From: Deltaproteobacteria bacterium CG_4_9_14_3_um_filter_63_12
GTDB taxonomy: Bacteria; Myxococcota_A; Bradymonadia; UBA4248; UM-FILTER-63-12
Assembly: GCA_002789955.1 (NCBI GenBank)
Contig: PFUG01000519.1
Span: 1 to 60,647 of the forward strand
Reading direction: 5' to 3'
DNA: 60,647 bases
The notes beneath the pieces are model-generated. The model ran no database searches and had not been told where the DNA came from. It saw nothing but the letters and a program-made list of their open reading frames with translations. Positions 17,346 through 28,237 of the stretch are shown piece by piece. A program made the position numbers and the translations under genes. Numbering within the stretch: the stretch's first letter is position 1; every line of letters begins with the position of its first letter.

Positions 17346-18221
17346 TCAGTAGCGCGACGCGCGCAGCTTGAAGTAACGGATCAGGGGCTGCAAGTAGGGC
17401 TGGTGAGTGTAGATGGAGATGAAGTCGATGTTGCTCCGGCGCAGGGTCGTCTCACGACGCGACTTGAGCGCCGCGGCGCGCTCCTGATAGGTGGCACGCA
17501 CTGAGCGGCTCGAGGTGTCGACGACGAGTAAGTCCCCCGTCTCAGGATCTTCGAACGTGCAAACTCCCATATCGGGGAGTTTTTCTTCCATTGGGTCGAC
17601 GATAATGACAGGGATGACGTCGTGCCTGCGGCTCATGACCCTCAGCCCCCGCTCGTAATCCTCGCCGATGAAGTCGCTCATGACGAAGACGACGCTCTTG
17701 CGGCGCGTGATGCGGCCTAGGGTGTCGAGCGCTTCGGTGAGGTTCGTCCCGGCGCCGCTGGGCTTGTAGCGGAGCAGCTCCGAGATGATGCGCATGACGT
17801 GCTTGCGGCCCTTCTTGGGCGGGACGATGAGCTCGACCTCGTCGGTGAACATGAGCAGGCCGACGCGGTCGTTGTTCTTGATGGCCGAGAAGGCCAACAG
17901 GGCGCCGATCTCCGCGGCGGTGTCGCGCTTGCGCTGCGTCAGGCTGCCGAAATTCAGGCTGGCTGAGGCGTCCACGAGCAGAAACACCGTGAGCTCTCGC
18001 TCCTCGACGAAGTGCTTGACATGCACCTCGCCGGTGCGGGCGGAGACGTTCCAGTCGATGCGCCGGATGTCGTCCCCGGGTTGGTAGGGCCTCACCTCGT
18101 CGAAATCCATCCCTCGCCCTCTGAAGACCGAATGGTATTGGCCCGCGAGCTGCTCGTTGACCAAGCGGCGCGTCACGATCTCCAGTTTTTTGATCTTCTT
18201 GATGAGGTCTTTGGGTAGCAT
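17346..18221 (-). CDS. DUF58 family protein (vWA-like partner of MoxR).
   Basis: The sequence GQYHSVFRGRGMDFDEVRPYQPGDDIRRIDWNVSARTGEVHVKHFVEERELTVFLLVDASASL is a characteristic DUF58 core. Confidence 0.85.
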   Translation of the reverse strand: MLPKDLIKKIKKLEIVTRRLVNEQLAGQYHSVFRGRGMDFDEVRPYQPGDDIRRIDWNVSARTGEVHVKHFVEERELTVFLLVDASASLNFGSLTQRKRDTAAEIGALLAFSAIKNNDRVGLLMFTDEVELIVPPKKGRKHVMRIISELLRYKPSGAGTNLTEALDTLGRITRRKSVVFVMSDFIGEDYERGLRVMSRRHDVIPVIIVDPMEEKLPDMGVCTFEDPETGDLLVVDTSSRSVRATYQERAAALKSRRETTLRRSNIDFISIYTHQPYLQPLIRYFKLRASRY

Positions 18222-18314
18222 GCGGTGGGGCTCGGTCGTTCCTGAGTTGACGCGGACTCGATGGTGAGCGCACTACGTTGGGGTTTCTTGCTCGCTTCCC
18301 GCTCGACAATGGGT

Positions 18315-19304
18315 TCAGGGCACTTCGATGACGTCGAAGATGCGCTGCAAGAGCTCTTCGCTGTTGAGCTCCTCGGCCTCGGCCTCGTAGGAGAGGATGA
18401 CGCGATGCCGCAACACGTCGTAGCCAACCGCCTTGATGTCCTCTGGCGTGACATAGCCTCGGCGGTTGAGGAAGGCGTGGGCCTTGGCGGCCATGTTCAG
18501 GTAGATGCTGGCTCGTGGGCTGGCGCCGTATTCGATCATGTCCTCTAAATCGCGCAGTCCGTATTGGGCTGGGGCGCGCGTCGCGAACACGATCTCGACG
18601 ATGTAGTCTTTGATTCGGGAGTCGACGTAGACCTGGTTCACGACCTGACGGGCGGACATGATCTGCCCGACGGTCACAATCTGCCGAGCTTTTTTGCGCT
18701 CGCCGTCGGTCATGCGATCCATGATCAGGCGCTCCTCCTCTCGAGTGGGGTAGGAGACCTTGACCATCAGCATGAAGCGGTCGACCTGCGCCTCTGGGAG
18801 GGGATAGGTCCCTTCTTGCTCGATGGGGTTCTGCGTGGCCATGACCAAGAAGGGGTCTTCGAGCGCGTAGGTCTGGTCACCGATGGTGACCTGTCGCTCT
18901 TGCATGGCCTCGAGGAGCGCCGACTGCACCTTCGCGGGAGCGCGGTTGATCTCATCGGCCAAGACCAGGTTGGCGAAGATGGGGCCTCGCCGTACCTCGA
19001 ACTGGCTGGTCTCCGGACGGTAGATCATGGTCCCGATCAGGTCGGCGGGGAGCAGGTCGGGCGTGAACTGAATGCGTCGAAACTTGGCGTCGACGACGTC
19101 GGCGAGGGTGGTACAAGTCAAGGTCTTGGCCAGGCCTGGCACGCCTTCGAGGAGGATGTGGCCGCCCGCCAGCAAGCCGATCATCATGGCCTGCACCATA
19201 TGAGGTTGCCCGACGACGACCCGTGCGACCTCGAGCTTGACGTCCTCAATGAACGCGCTCTCGGACCTGACCAATTCGTTGATGACTCGAACGTCTTTCT
19301 CCAT
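18315..19304 (-). CDS. MoxR-family AAA+ ATPase.
   Basis: It has a Walker A motif (LLEGVPGLAKT), a Walker B motif (LVLADEINRA) and the MoxR-type C-terminal segment (GASPRASIYL..AKAHAFLNRRGYVTPEDIK). Confidence 0.92.
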   Translation of the reverse strand: MEKDVRVINELVRSESAFIEDVKLEVARVVVGQPHMVQAMMIGLLAGGHILLEGVPGLAKTLTCTTLADVVDAKFRRIQFTPDLLPADLIGTMIYRPETSQFEVRRGPIFANLVLADEINRAPAKVQSALLEAMQERQVTIGDQTYALEDPFLVMATQNPIEQEGTYPLPEAQVDRFMLMVKVSYPTREEERLIMDRMTDGERKKARQIVTVGQIMSARQVVNQVYVDSRIKDYIVEIVFATRAPAQYGLRDLEDMIEYGASPRASIYLNMAAKAHAFLNRRGYVTPEDIKAVGYDVLRHRVILSYEAEAEELNSEELLQRIFDVIEVP

Positions 19305-19663
19305 TGAGGAGCTCCTTTCCGGCGTCAGTGGGTGGGCGCTCGTCGGGCGCCCGTCGACTTGGATGTATTGCCTCGCCTGCCCGCGACCGTTTTTCGCTTC
19401 ATTTCAACAGGTTGCGGTGCGAAATCGGTCGTCCGCTCCGTGAGCGACTGCGCTGGCAGCCGCCACCGCCGATCGCCAGGAAGGCCACCGCTTGGGCGCT
19501 GTTCGCTCGCTCTTTGCTGGAAGTATCGCCTTTACGGCGAGGCACGCCAAGGGGCCGCACAAACGTTTGCCCGGCTCGGTACAGACAGCGCAACGCGGCC
19601 CTGGAGCCCACCTATTCCGATGGCGGCTGGATTCGGGCGGCGTTGCGTCAGCTGTTGTTCGAG

Positions 19664-20290
19664 CTACGAGGCGTCGTTGGGACGGCCTTCTAGGCCGGCG
19701 AGTGCGTCTCGGACGCCGCGGGCGGCCTCTTCGATCTCGGCCTCATAACCGCCGAGGTAGAGGCGGCCGAAGGCGCCGAAGAAGCTCACCTCGAGAAGGT
19801 GGATTTCAGCGGCCTTCTCGGCTTCGTTCGCGGCGATGGCAGCATAGCCCGCGGGATGACACTCCATCACGTAGAGGGTTTGACCTTCGAGAAGGAAATC
19901 CCCGTGGCGCATCCGGTTGATCAACATGGCTTGGTGGCCGTCGACGCCCGTGATGGTCTGCTCGGTGAGGATCTTCGGCTTGAGGCGGTCGGTCTCCTCG
20001 ATGCCGTAGTAGTCGAGCGCTGCTCGGCCGCCTTCGCGGATCTGCCCTTGGTCGAAGTCGTGCACCTCGAGGGCGCCGTACTGACGCTCGACGACCTGCA
20101 GCCCAGGCATGACCGTGGTCGCCTTCAGGATGACGTCGGTCACTTGGTTGATCGACATTCCGGGCTGCACTTCGATCAACAAGGCGGCCATCCGCTCCAG
20201 CGGCTGGAACCCTTTGGACACCGTCTGGATGAAGCTCGCCAGCTGAGGCTGAAGCACGTCGATATAGGTGAAACAACGAAGGTCGATCAC
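19664..20290 (-). CDS. Tandem BMC-domain shell protein of the CsoS1D/CcmP type (BMC-T).
   Basis: It contains two BMC-like halves. The N-terminus DLRCFTYIDVLQPQLASFIQTVSKGF, LKPKILTEQ..HQAMLINR, and CHPAGYAAIAANEAEKAAEIHLLEVSFFGAFGRLYLGG closely match my recollection of conserved CsoS1D/CcmP blocks (LR.Y.F.D.LQPQ.A.Y, EPAGY...AANEAEK.A, GAFGRL.L.G). Confidence 0.82.
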   Translation of the reverse strand: MIDLRCFTYIDVLQPQLASFIQTVSKGFQPLERMAALLIEVQPGMSINQVTDVILKATTVMPGLQVVERQYGALEVHDFDQGQIREGGRAALDYYGIEETDRLKPKILTEQTITGVDGHQAMLINRMRHGDFLLEGQTLYVMECHPAGYAAIAANEAEKAAEIHLLEVSFFGAFGRLYLGGYEAEIEEAARGVRDALAGLEGRPNDAS

Positions 20291-20427
20291 ACCGAACCTC
20301 TCTGTTGGGTAGAGCCAAGTCGGCGAAGGCCGCGACGAGACGTCTCTCGAACCGATGCTCGTCGAGGCAGGACGCTATCACGGCCGGGCTTTCTGGGGCA
20401 ACACGACGAAGACCGCTCACCGCGCAT

Positions 20428-20463
20428 AAAAAAAGACCGGCGCCCTTAGGCGCCGGTCTTTTT
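20428..20463. terminator. Bidirectional intrinsic terminator.
   Basis: The sequence is aaaaaaa-gaccggcgcc-ctta-ggcgccggtc-ttttt, a perfect 10-bp GC-rich stem flanked by A7 and T5. It lies 18 nt after the stop of the agmX-like gene on the minus strand. Confidence 0.8.
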
Positions 20464-20480
20464 CGGAGTCACTGACTGGA

Positions 20481-21887
20481 CTACTCGGAGGGGCTGAAGG
20501 AGAAGGGGAACTCGATGACGCAGATACCGCCGTCGGGCTTGTCGAAGCGCATGCGTTCGATCACGCGGGCCATGCACTTCTCGACCTTCTCGTTCTTCAT
20601 GGTGCTCGAGCTCATGAGGGGGTTTTTGACGGTGCCGTCGAGTCCGACCTTCCATTGCATGACGATCTTACCGGCGAGCTGTGGGTCGGCGAGGAGTTGA
20701 CGCTCGTAGCAGTTGCGCAGCGCTGAAGCCTTCTTCTTGACCACATCGGAGATGTTGTCCTTCTTGCAGAAGCCCTCTTGTCGGGGTGCCGCAAACGAGA
20801 CCTTGGGTTTGACCTTGGCTTTCGCTTTCTGGCCGAGGCCCTTGCCGGAGCCGCGTCCGCCACCGGTGTCACGGTCCGCGAGTCCACCGATGCGACCTGC
20901 CCCTGTGCCACCGCCGCCAGCGCCACGGCCCATGGTGCCCATACCGCCGTAGCCGAAGCCGGCGTTGAAGGCGTCGCCCTCACCGCTCATGGCGACCTGG
21001 TCCATGGCGTCTCCGAAGGTGGCGCCGCTGCCGAAGAGGCTCTGCGCACCACCACTGCCCAACAGGTTGCTCGAGAGGGCGGCCTGAATGCCGACGGGCT
21101 TGTCCAACTTCTCCACCATCTTGGCGTCGAGGTCGGGGAGCACGGTTTCGGGATCTTCGGGATCTTCTTCACCGAACTTGCCCTCCTCGTCCGCGGCCCG
21201 CTTGCCGGCCTCGTCGATGTCAGGCTCTTCCTCCTCGACCAGCTCTTCTTCTTCCTCGGTCTCTTCGACGTCGGTCATGACTTCGATCCAGCGCTCATCT
21301 AGCGTGGCGTAGCTCAGATACTCCTGCGAGTCGTCGGTCCAGAATGCCCAGAAGAGCAACGAACCTTGAACGAGGAAGCTGAGCAACACCGCCACCCCGA
21401 GAACCGAGAACAGCCCCCCAACTATCGCCGCGATCGCACCGGTGGCGCCGCCGAACGACGCCGCGCTGGCCACGACACCTCGCGGGAAGACGTATTGGAA
21501 GATTAGCTCGACGTCGCCGATCATCATCACACCCCAGTCGCCCGGGGCGAGCGGGATCTCGTAGATGGACGCGGCAACCTTGGCATCGTCAGCGTCGGCA
21601 ACCTGGATTGAGCCCACTGACTTGGCAGTCTTCACCAGGTCAACCAGCTTCTTGGTCTCCCCCTTGGTGTGAACTTCGCCCTTGATGCGGTCGGTGAACC
21701 GAAACGTGTGGTTTCTGCCACCCCAAGTGAAGACCTTGAAGCCCTCGGAGAGTCCGACCGGCGGGATCGCGAAGGTTTGATTCGCCTTCGTCCCGAGGCT
21801 CACGTCCCCAGACTTGAAAGTGAGATCCCGCACAACGCTGTTGTGATAGACCGCGGCTACTCGAAGCACTCTGCTGTCTTTACTCAC
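20481..21887 (-). CDS. AgmX/PglI C-terminal-domain protein (myxobacterial-type membrane protein).
   Basis: It has a cytoplasmic N-domain, TM segments, an acidic stretch (EETEEEEELVEEEEPD) and a Gly-rich linker. The C-terminal domain, ...ALRNCYERQLLADPQLAGKIVMQWKVGLDGTVKN...CMARVIERMRFDKP, is typical of the AgmX/PglI TonB-like tail. Confidence 0.6.
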   Translation of the reverse strand: MSKDSRVLRVAAVYHNSVVRDLTFKSGDVSLGTKANQTFAIPPVGLSEGFKVFTWGGRNHTFRFTDRIKGEVHTKGETKKLVDLVKTAKSVGSIQVADADDAKVAASIYEIPLAPGDWGVMMIGDVELIFQYVFPRGVVASAASFGGATGAIAAIVGGLFSVLGVAVLLSFLVQGSLLFWAFWTDDSQEYLSYATLDERWIEVMTDVEETEEEEELVEEEEPDIDEAGKRAADEEGKFGEEDPEDPETVLPDLDAKMVEKLDKPVGIQAALSSNLLGSGGAQSLFGSGATFGDAMDQVAMSGEGDAFNAGFGYGGMGTMGRGAGGGGTGAGRIGGLADRDTGGGRGSGKGLGQKAKAKVKPKVSFAAPRQEGFCKKDNISDVVKKKASALRNCYERQLLADPQLAGKIVMQWKVGLDGTVKNPLMSSSTMKNEKVEKCMARVIERMRFDKPDGGICVIEFPFSFSPSE

Positions 21888-22391
21888 GGCTCGCTTCCTT
21901 CGCTTGGCTCATCAGCCAGTGGCTACTGGCCTCTGCGTGGTGTTCCATCACATCCGAAATTTGAAAGACGCAGGGCAGCGGCACGCTACCCTCTGCCGAC
22001 TCCGCACGTCAAGTGAATCTGACCGTTTTGCGTCGTCAGCCCCTCGCCTTACCAGACGCCACTTGCAGGTGGCGTGGCTCGTTCGAGATTGGATACGGGC
22101 TCGGACAGCACTGCTTTCGGAAAGTTCTTGGGCGCCCTCACTTTTTTTCCATTTTTTCCGTGGACCCCTCACAAACCCTGTGAGCGACTGGCATCTCGAG
22201 ATCACGCGCGGCGCGCACTTTTGCGTGAGGGCAACGTGGACAAGCATCGTTGGCTGCCTCCTCGCTCGGTGGGCGCATCGCAAAAGATTGGTGCTTCGCG
22301 AAACTCGTGCTGAAATGAACCTCGTCCTCAGTGGTCTACGTTGCCATGGAAGTGGAGCGAGACTGAGGGCCGTTTCTTCGAGGTTGTTCCT

Positions 22392-23201
22392 ATGAAGCCG
22401 TTCCTAGCTGTGTTCTTGATGTGTCTGGTCGCCCTGGTGGCCGATTGTCCCAGGGCCATGGCGCAGCCCCTTGCCGTCGGCCTCTCTCAGCCGCCGACGC
22501 TCACTCCGACTGCCGTCCTGCTCAGCCGCGATGAGCTCGATGCCATGCGCTCCGCGCTCTCCCGGTCCGTTTTCGTCGCCGAGGCTTCCCACACTCCACC
22601 TGCTCCATACCAGCAAGTCCCCCTCGTCTATGATGGCGCCGTGACCGCCATCGAAGCCGATGGGCTGGCCTTCCTCACCGCGGCAGGGTGGCTCACCGAC
22701 GCCGAGACGATCGAGATGCTCGATGGCGATGAACGCATCGAGCTGGCGGTCGAGGAGATGGACGTTCGAGTCGGCCTGGCGCTGCTGCGCCTGGCCGACG
22801 GCACGAATTCCGCCGCCTTCACGCCGCTGTCCATCGGCGCCCTCACCCCGATGGTCGCTTACGCTCTGCTCTCGCCCCAAACTCGCTACGAGCAGCTCGT
22901 CACCGTCAGCGTTCTCAACGACGTCGCCCAAGACCTCTACTGGCAAACCACACTCGCCGCCGTCAACGGCTATCCCATCGTCGACGTGGACCGAAACCTC
23001 GTCGCCGTCCAATGCCTGCGGGTGCCAAACGACCCGAGCCGCGGTCTCGCCGTGGGCTGGCCAGTGATCAATTTGATGCTCGACCCTCCCGACGACCTCG
23101 CTCCAGCACGCCGACCGGACCATGTTCTCGGTGAGGAGGAGGAAGTCGAGCAGCACGCCTACGGGTGGTGGAGCCCGACGTGGGGAGAGGGGCCGAAGTG
23201 A
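22392..23201 (+). CDS. Secreted hypothetical protein, possibly with a degenerate trypsin-like fold.
   Basis: I chose the start at MKPFLAVFLMCLVALVADCPRAMAQP (signal peptide). The segments VGLALLRLADG and AAVNGYPIVDVDRNLVAV weakly resemble the Asp and Ser regions of S1 proteases, but the Ser is absent. The antisense ORF 22404-23156 was rejected. Confidence 0.45.
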   Translation: MKPFLAVFLMCLVALVADCPRAMAQPLAVGLSQPPTLTPTAVLLSRDELDAMRSALSRSVFVAEASHTPPAPYQQVPLVYDGAVTAIEADGLAFLTAAGWLTDAETIEMLDGDERIELAVEEMDVRVGLALLRLADGTNSAAFTPLSIGALTPMVAYALLSPQTRYEQLVTVSVLNDVAQDLYWQTTLAAVNGYPIVDVDRNLVAVQCLRVPNDPSRGLAVGWPVINLMLDPPDDLAPARRPDHVLGEEEEVEQHAYGWWSPTWGEGPK

Positions 23202-23253
23202 ACACGCCTGCTCGGAGTTCAGCGGCTCTGGAGCGCCGTGAGCGAGGTCGTCC

Positions 23254-24675
23254 TTGAAGGTGGCGTCGCCGTTCGAGGCCGCGCTCGAGGCCTCAGTCGC
23301 GCAGCTGGAGTGCGTTGGTGCTGGCGCGGCGTTCGATGTGGCGCTCTCCGGAGGTCGAGACTCGGTCGCTCTCTTGCTCGGCTTGGCTCGACTCGCGCCG
23401 GCGTACCAATGGAAGCTGCGCGCTCATCACGTCGCACATGGACTGCGTGACGATCGCGGCGACGAGGCGCGGTGCCGCTCCCTCTGCGACCAGCTCGGTG
23501 TGGACTTGCTGGTCTCGCGTTTCGGCCCCGGAGAGATCGCTCGAGAGCCCGAGGACGGTACCCAGGCGAAGGCGAGGGCAGCGCGCTACCGTGTCCTGGA
23601 GCGAGCGGCGCGAGACCGAGGTGCGACGTGCATCCTGACCGCACACCACGGCGACGACAACGTCGAGACCTTGCTCCTGAGGTTGGTGCGCGGCGCTGGC
23701 CTGGAGGGGTTGGGGGGCATCGCGCCCTGTCTTCGGTTGGAGGCAGGGCTGTGGCTCGTTCGTCCGCTCCTCGCCATGGGGCGTCCAGACATCGACCAAT
23801 ATCTAGAGGAGCGCCAAGTCGTCGCCGCCGAGGACCCGACCAACGCAGGAGATGACTATCTGCGCAACCGAGTTCGGCACCACGTTCTGCCGGCACTGAA
23901 CGAGCTGCGAGGTCCGGGGGGAATGCGCGCGGCGAGGCGCAGCGTGTCCCTCCTCGGTCGAGATGCCGCCGCGCTCGACGAGTTGCTGGAGTGGCTCGTG
24001 GCCAGCGGCCTGTCGACCCGAGAACCAGCCTGGTATCTCAGGACGAAGGCTTTGCGCTCGTTCGGCCCGGCGGTCGTCGTGCAGGTGCTGCGGCACGCGG
24101 CGCGGGCCGTAGTGCCGAGGCATGGACTGACCTGTGCGGCGGCTGAACGAGGCTTCGAGGTGGTCTCGAGCAACTCCCGCCGTGCGTCGTGGGAGGACGG
24201 CGTGGTGCGCATCGCCATCGAGGGGCCGTTCGTGTGTTTGCGGGCGGCCGGAGCTGCGCTCCCGAGGTGGAATTCCAAAGCGCTGGAAGTGATCGAGGGG
24301 GTCGTCTCGATTGGCGATCCGCGTGCCCCGCTCGTCGTCGTCGACCCAGCAAAAGTCCCGCTGTGGGCGAGCGCGAGGCGCGCTCCGCGCCAGCAGGCCG
24401 AGATCGCGGCGGCCTCGATCCGCGGTGAGCTCGAGTTGCGTCCTGCGGACGAGGTCGAGACGGGACTCGAGCCGCCAAAGCTCGGTGGCCACAAGCGCTG
24501 TGTTCAGGTCGCCTCGGAGCTCGGAGCCCCTGGCCCATGGCGAGGGAGTCACCCCGTCGTCGTGGATAGCGCAGGGCCACTTTGGGTCGTCGGGGGCCCG
24601 CTCGATGCGCGGGCGGCTGCGGATGGTGGAGCCTCGGTCGTGCTGCGCGCGGAGGTCCTGCCTTGGTACCTCTGA
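23254..24675 (+). CDS. tilS: tRNA(Ile)-lysidine synthetase.
   Basis: It has a PP-loop motif (VALSGGRDSVALL) and the segment LTAHHGDDNVETLLLRLVRGAGLEGL, and the size is typical for TilS. The start codon is TTG. It lies upstream of ftsH, as in many bacteria. Confidence 0.85.
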   Translation: MKVASPFEAALEASVAQLECVGAGAAFDVALSGGRDSVALLLGLARLAPAYQWKLRAHHVAHGLRDDRGDEARCRSLCDQLGVDLLVSRFGPGEIAREPEDGTQAKARAARYRVLERAARDRGATCILTAHHGDDNVETLLLRLVRGAGLEGLGGIAPCLRLEAGLWLVRPLLAMGRPDIDQYLEERQVVAAEDPTNAGDDYLRNRVRHHVLPALNELRGPGGMRAARRSVSLLGRDAAALDELLEWLVASGLSTREPAWYLRTKALRSFGPAVVVQVLRHAARAVVPRHGLTCAAAERGFEVVSSNSRRASWEDGVVRIAIEGPFVCLRAAGAALPRWNSKALEVIEGVVSIGDPRAPLVVVDPAKVPLWASARRAPRQQAEIAAASIRGELELRPADEVETGLEPPKLGGHKRCVQVASELGAPGPWRGSHPVVVDSAGPLWVVGGPLDARAAADGGASVVLRAEVLPWYL

Positions 24676-25000
24676 GGAGCTGCTGGCGTACCTCAGAGCA
24701 CGGCGAACGAAAAAAAGAATCTCTTTGTCTGCGAACTTGGGCTTGGTTCGAAAGCAACCGGGTTTATAACAAAACGACCTGGAGTGCTCGACACCAAGGG
24801 CGACATTGAATAGGAACTTCCTGACAATATGCGAGCGGAGATTCACCGGACTGGATGAATCGACGTTCGAGATGGGTTTCAAAGGCGAACGCTGTAGAAT
24901 CCCAAAAGAGTCACGGTTCGAGCCATCCGAGTAGACACGACGTACCTGAGTCGAGCGAACGCCCCCGCATTTCGCCGTGGGGCGTGGGAAGGAAGATACG

Positions 25001-26970
<1,970 letters not shown>

Positions 26971-26974
<4 letters not shown>

Positions 26975-28152
26975 GCGACGACCCAGTGGACACGCTGGTC
27001 TGTGCCTTCACATCGGTTGTGGTTGAGACGCCGAGCGGCCCTGTGCCGCTCGGCTTCCTGCCCGCCTTCTTCAGCTTCGACCCAATCACAGCGCCCGATG
27101 GTTTCGTCGCGCTGAGCGTCGTCCCTGGCGGTCTGCCGCCCTCTGGAGTCGTCTGGGCGCGCGAGCCCGACAAGAACCAGAGCGGAATGCTGCTGGTTGC
27201 GCAACGAGCCTCATCGTGGGTGCGTCTCTGGCGCGGCGACGAGCTGGGCGTCGAGGACCACGTCGGCAACCGGCTTCGTCGGGCGTTTCGAGAGTTCGGA
27301 GGTGCCGACGCGGTCCGCACCTGGCAGGTCAGTGGGCGAACTTGGGACCTCAGACGTCCGTTGGTGATGGGGATCTTGAACACGACCCCCGATTCGTTCT
27401 CGGACGGAGGGCTCTTCGACAGCGTGGAGCGAGCCGTCGCCCATGGACGCGCCATGGCCGAGGCTGGGGCCGACCTCATCGATGTCGGCGGCGAGTCGAC
27501 TCGCCCAGGCAGCGCTCTGGTCGAGGTGGACGTGGAGATCGCGCGAGTTGTGCCGGTGATCAGGGCGCTCTGTCAGGTGTGCGCGGTGCCGATCTCGGTG
27601 GACACTCGCAAGGCGGCCGTCGCCCGGGCCGCGCTCGACGCCGGGGCCAGCATCGTCAACGACGTGAGCGGCCTACGCTTCGACCCGCAGATGGTCTCGT
27701 TGCTCGCCACACGAGACTGCGGCGTGGTGGTCATGCACCTCCGTGACGACCCCGCCGTGATGCAGCAGCACACAGAATACGACGATATTTTGTCTGAAGT
27801 CGCCGACCACCTTGAGCACAGCCTGAAGCTCGCCTACGATTGGGGAATCGATCTTCGCAGAGTCTTGGTGGATCCGGGCATCGGTTTCGGAAAGGACCTC
27901 GCACACAACCTCGCTCTCGTCGCAGGGATGCGCAGCCTCTGGTCATTGGGAAGACCTTCGCTCTTGGGGCCCAGTCGCAAGCGTTTCCTTGGTGAGCTCA
28001 CAGGGCGAGGACCTGCAGACCGGGGGCCTGGCACGGTTGCCGCGGTGAGTGCTGGTGTTCTCAACGGCGCAGCAGTGGTGAGAGTCCACGATGTGGCCGA
28101 AGCTCTGGATGCGGTTAGACTCTGTTTTGCCTTGAGAGACCGGCCTTCTTGA
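26971..28152 (+). CDS. folP: Dihydropteroate synthase with an N-terminal extension of about 125 aa.
   Basis: It has [25 protein letters not shown] and a pterin-binding barrel. The TTG at 26971 overlaps the ftsH TGA. The extension has strongly GC-rich third codon positions, so it appears to be translated. Alternative starts are listed in the findings. Confidence 0.8.
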
Positions 28153-28237
28153 CCGGCGCCTCACGTCTCGACATGGCTCGAGAGGGTGTCCGACCTCGTC
28201 TCTTCCCTTCGCTTCGCCTCGCGCAACCGACAAAGTA

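Noticed and set aside
28029-28040. The sequence tggcacggttgc, which resembles a sigma-54 -24/-12 element.
   Set aside because: The GG and GC elements are only 2 nt apart rather than the required spacing, and the site is inside folP.
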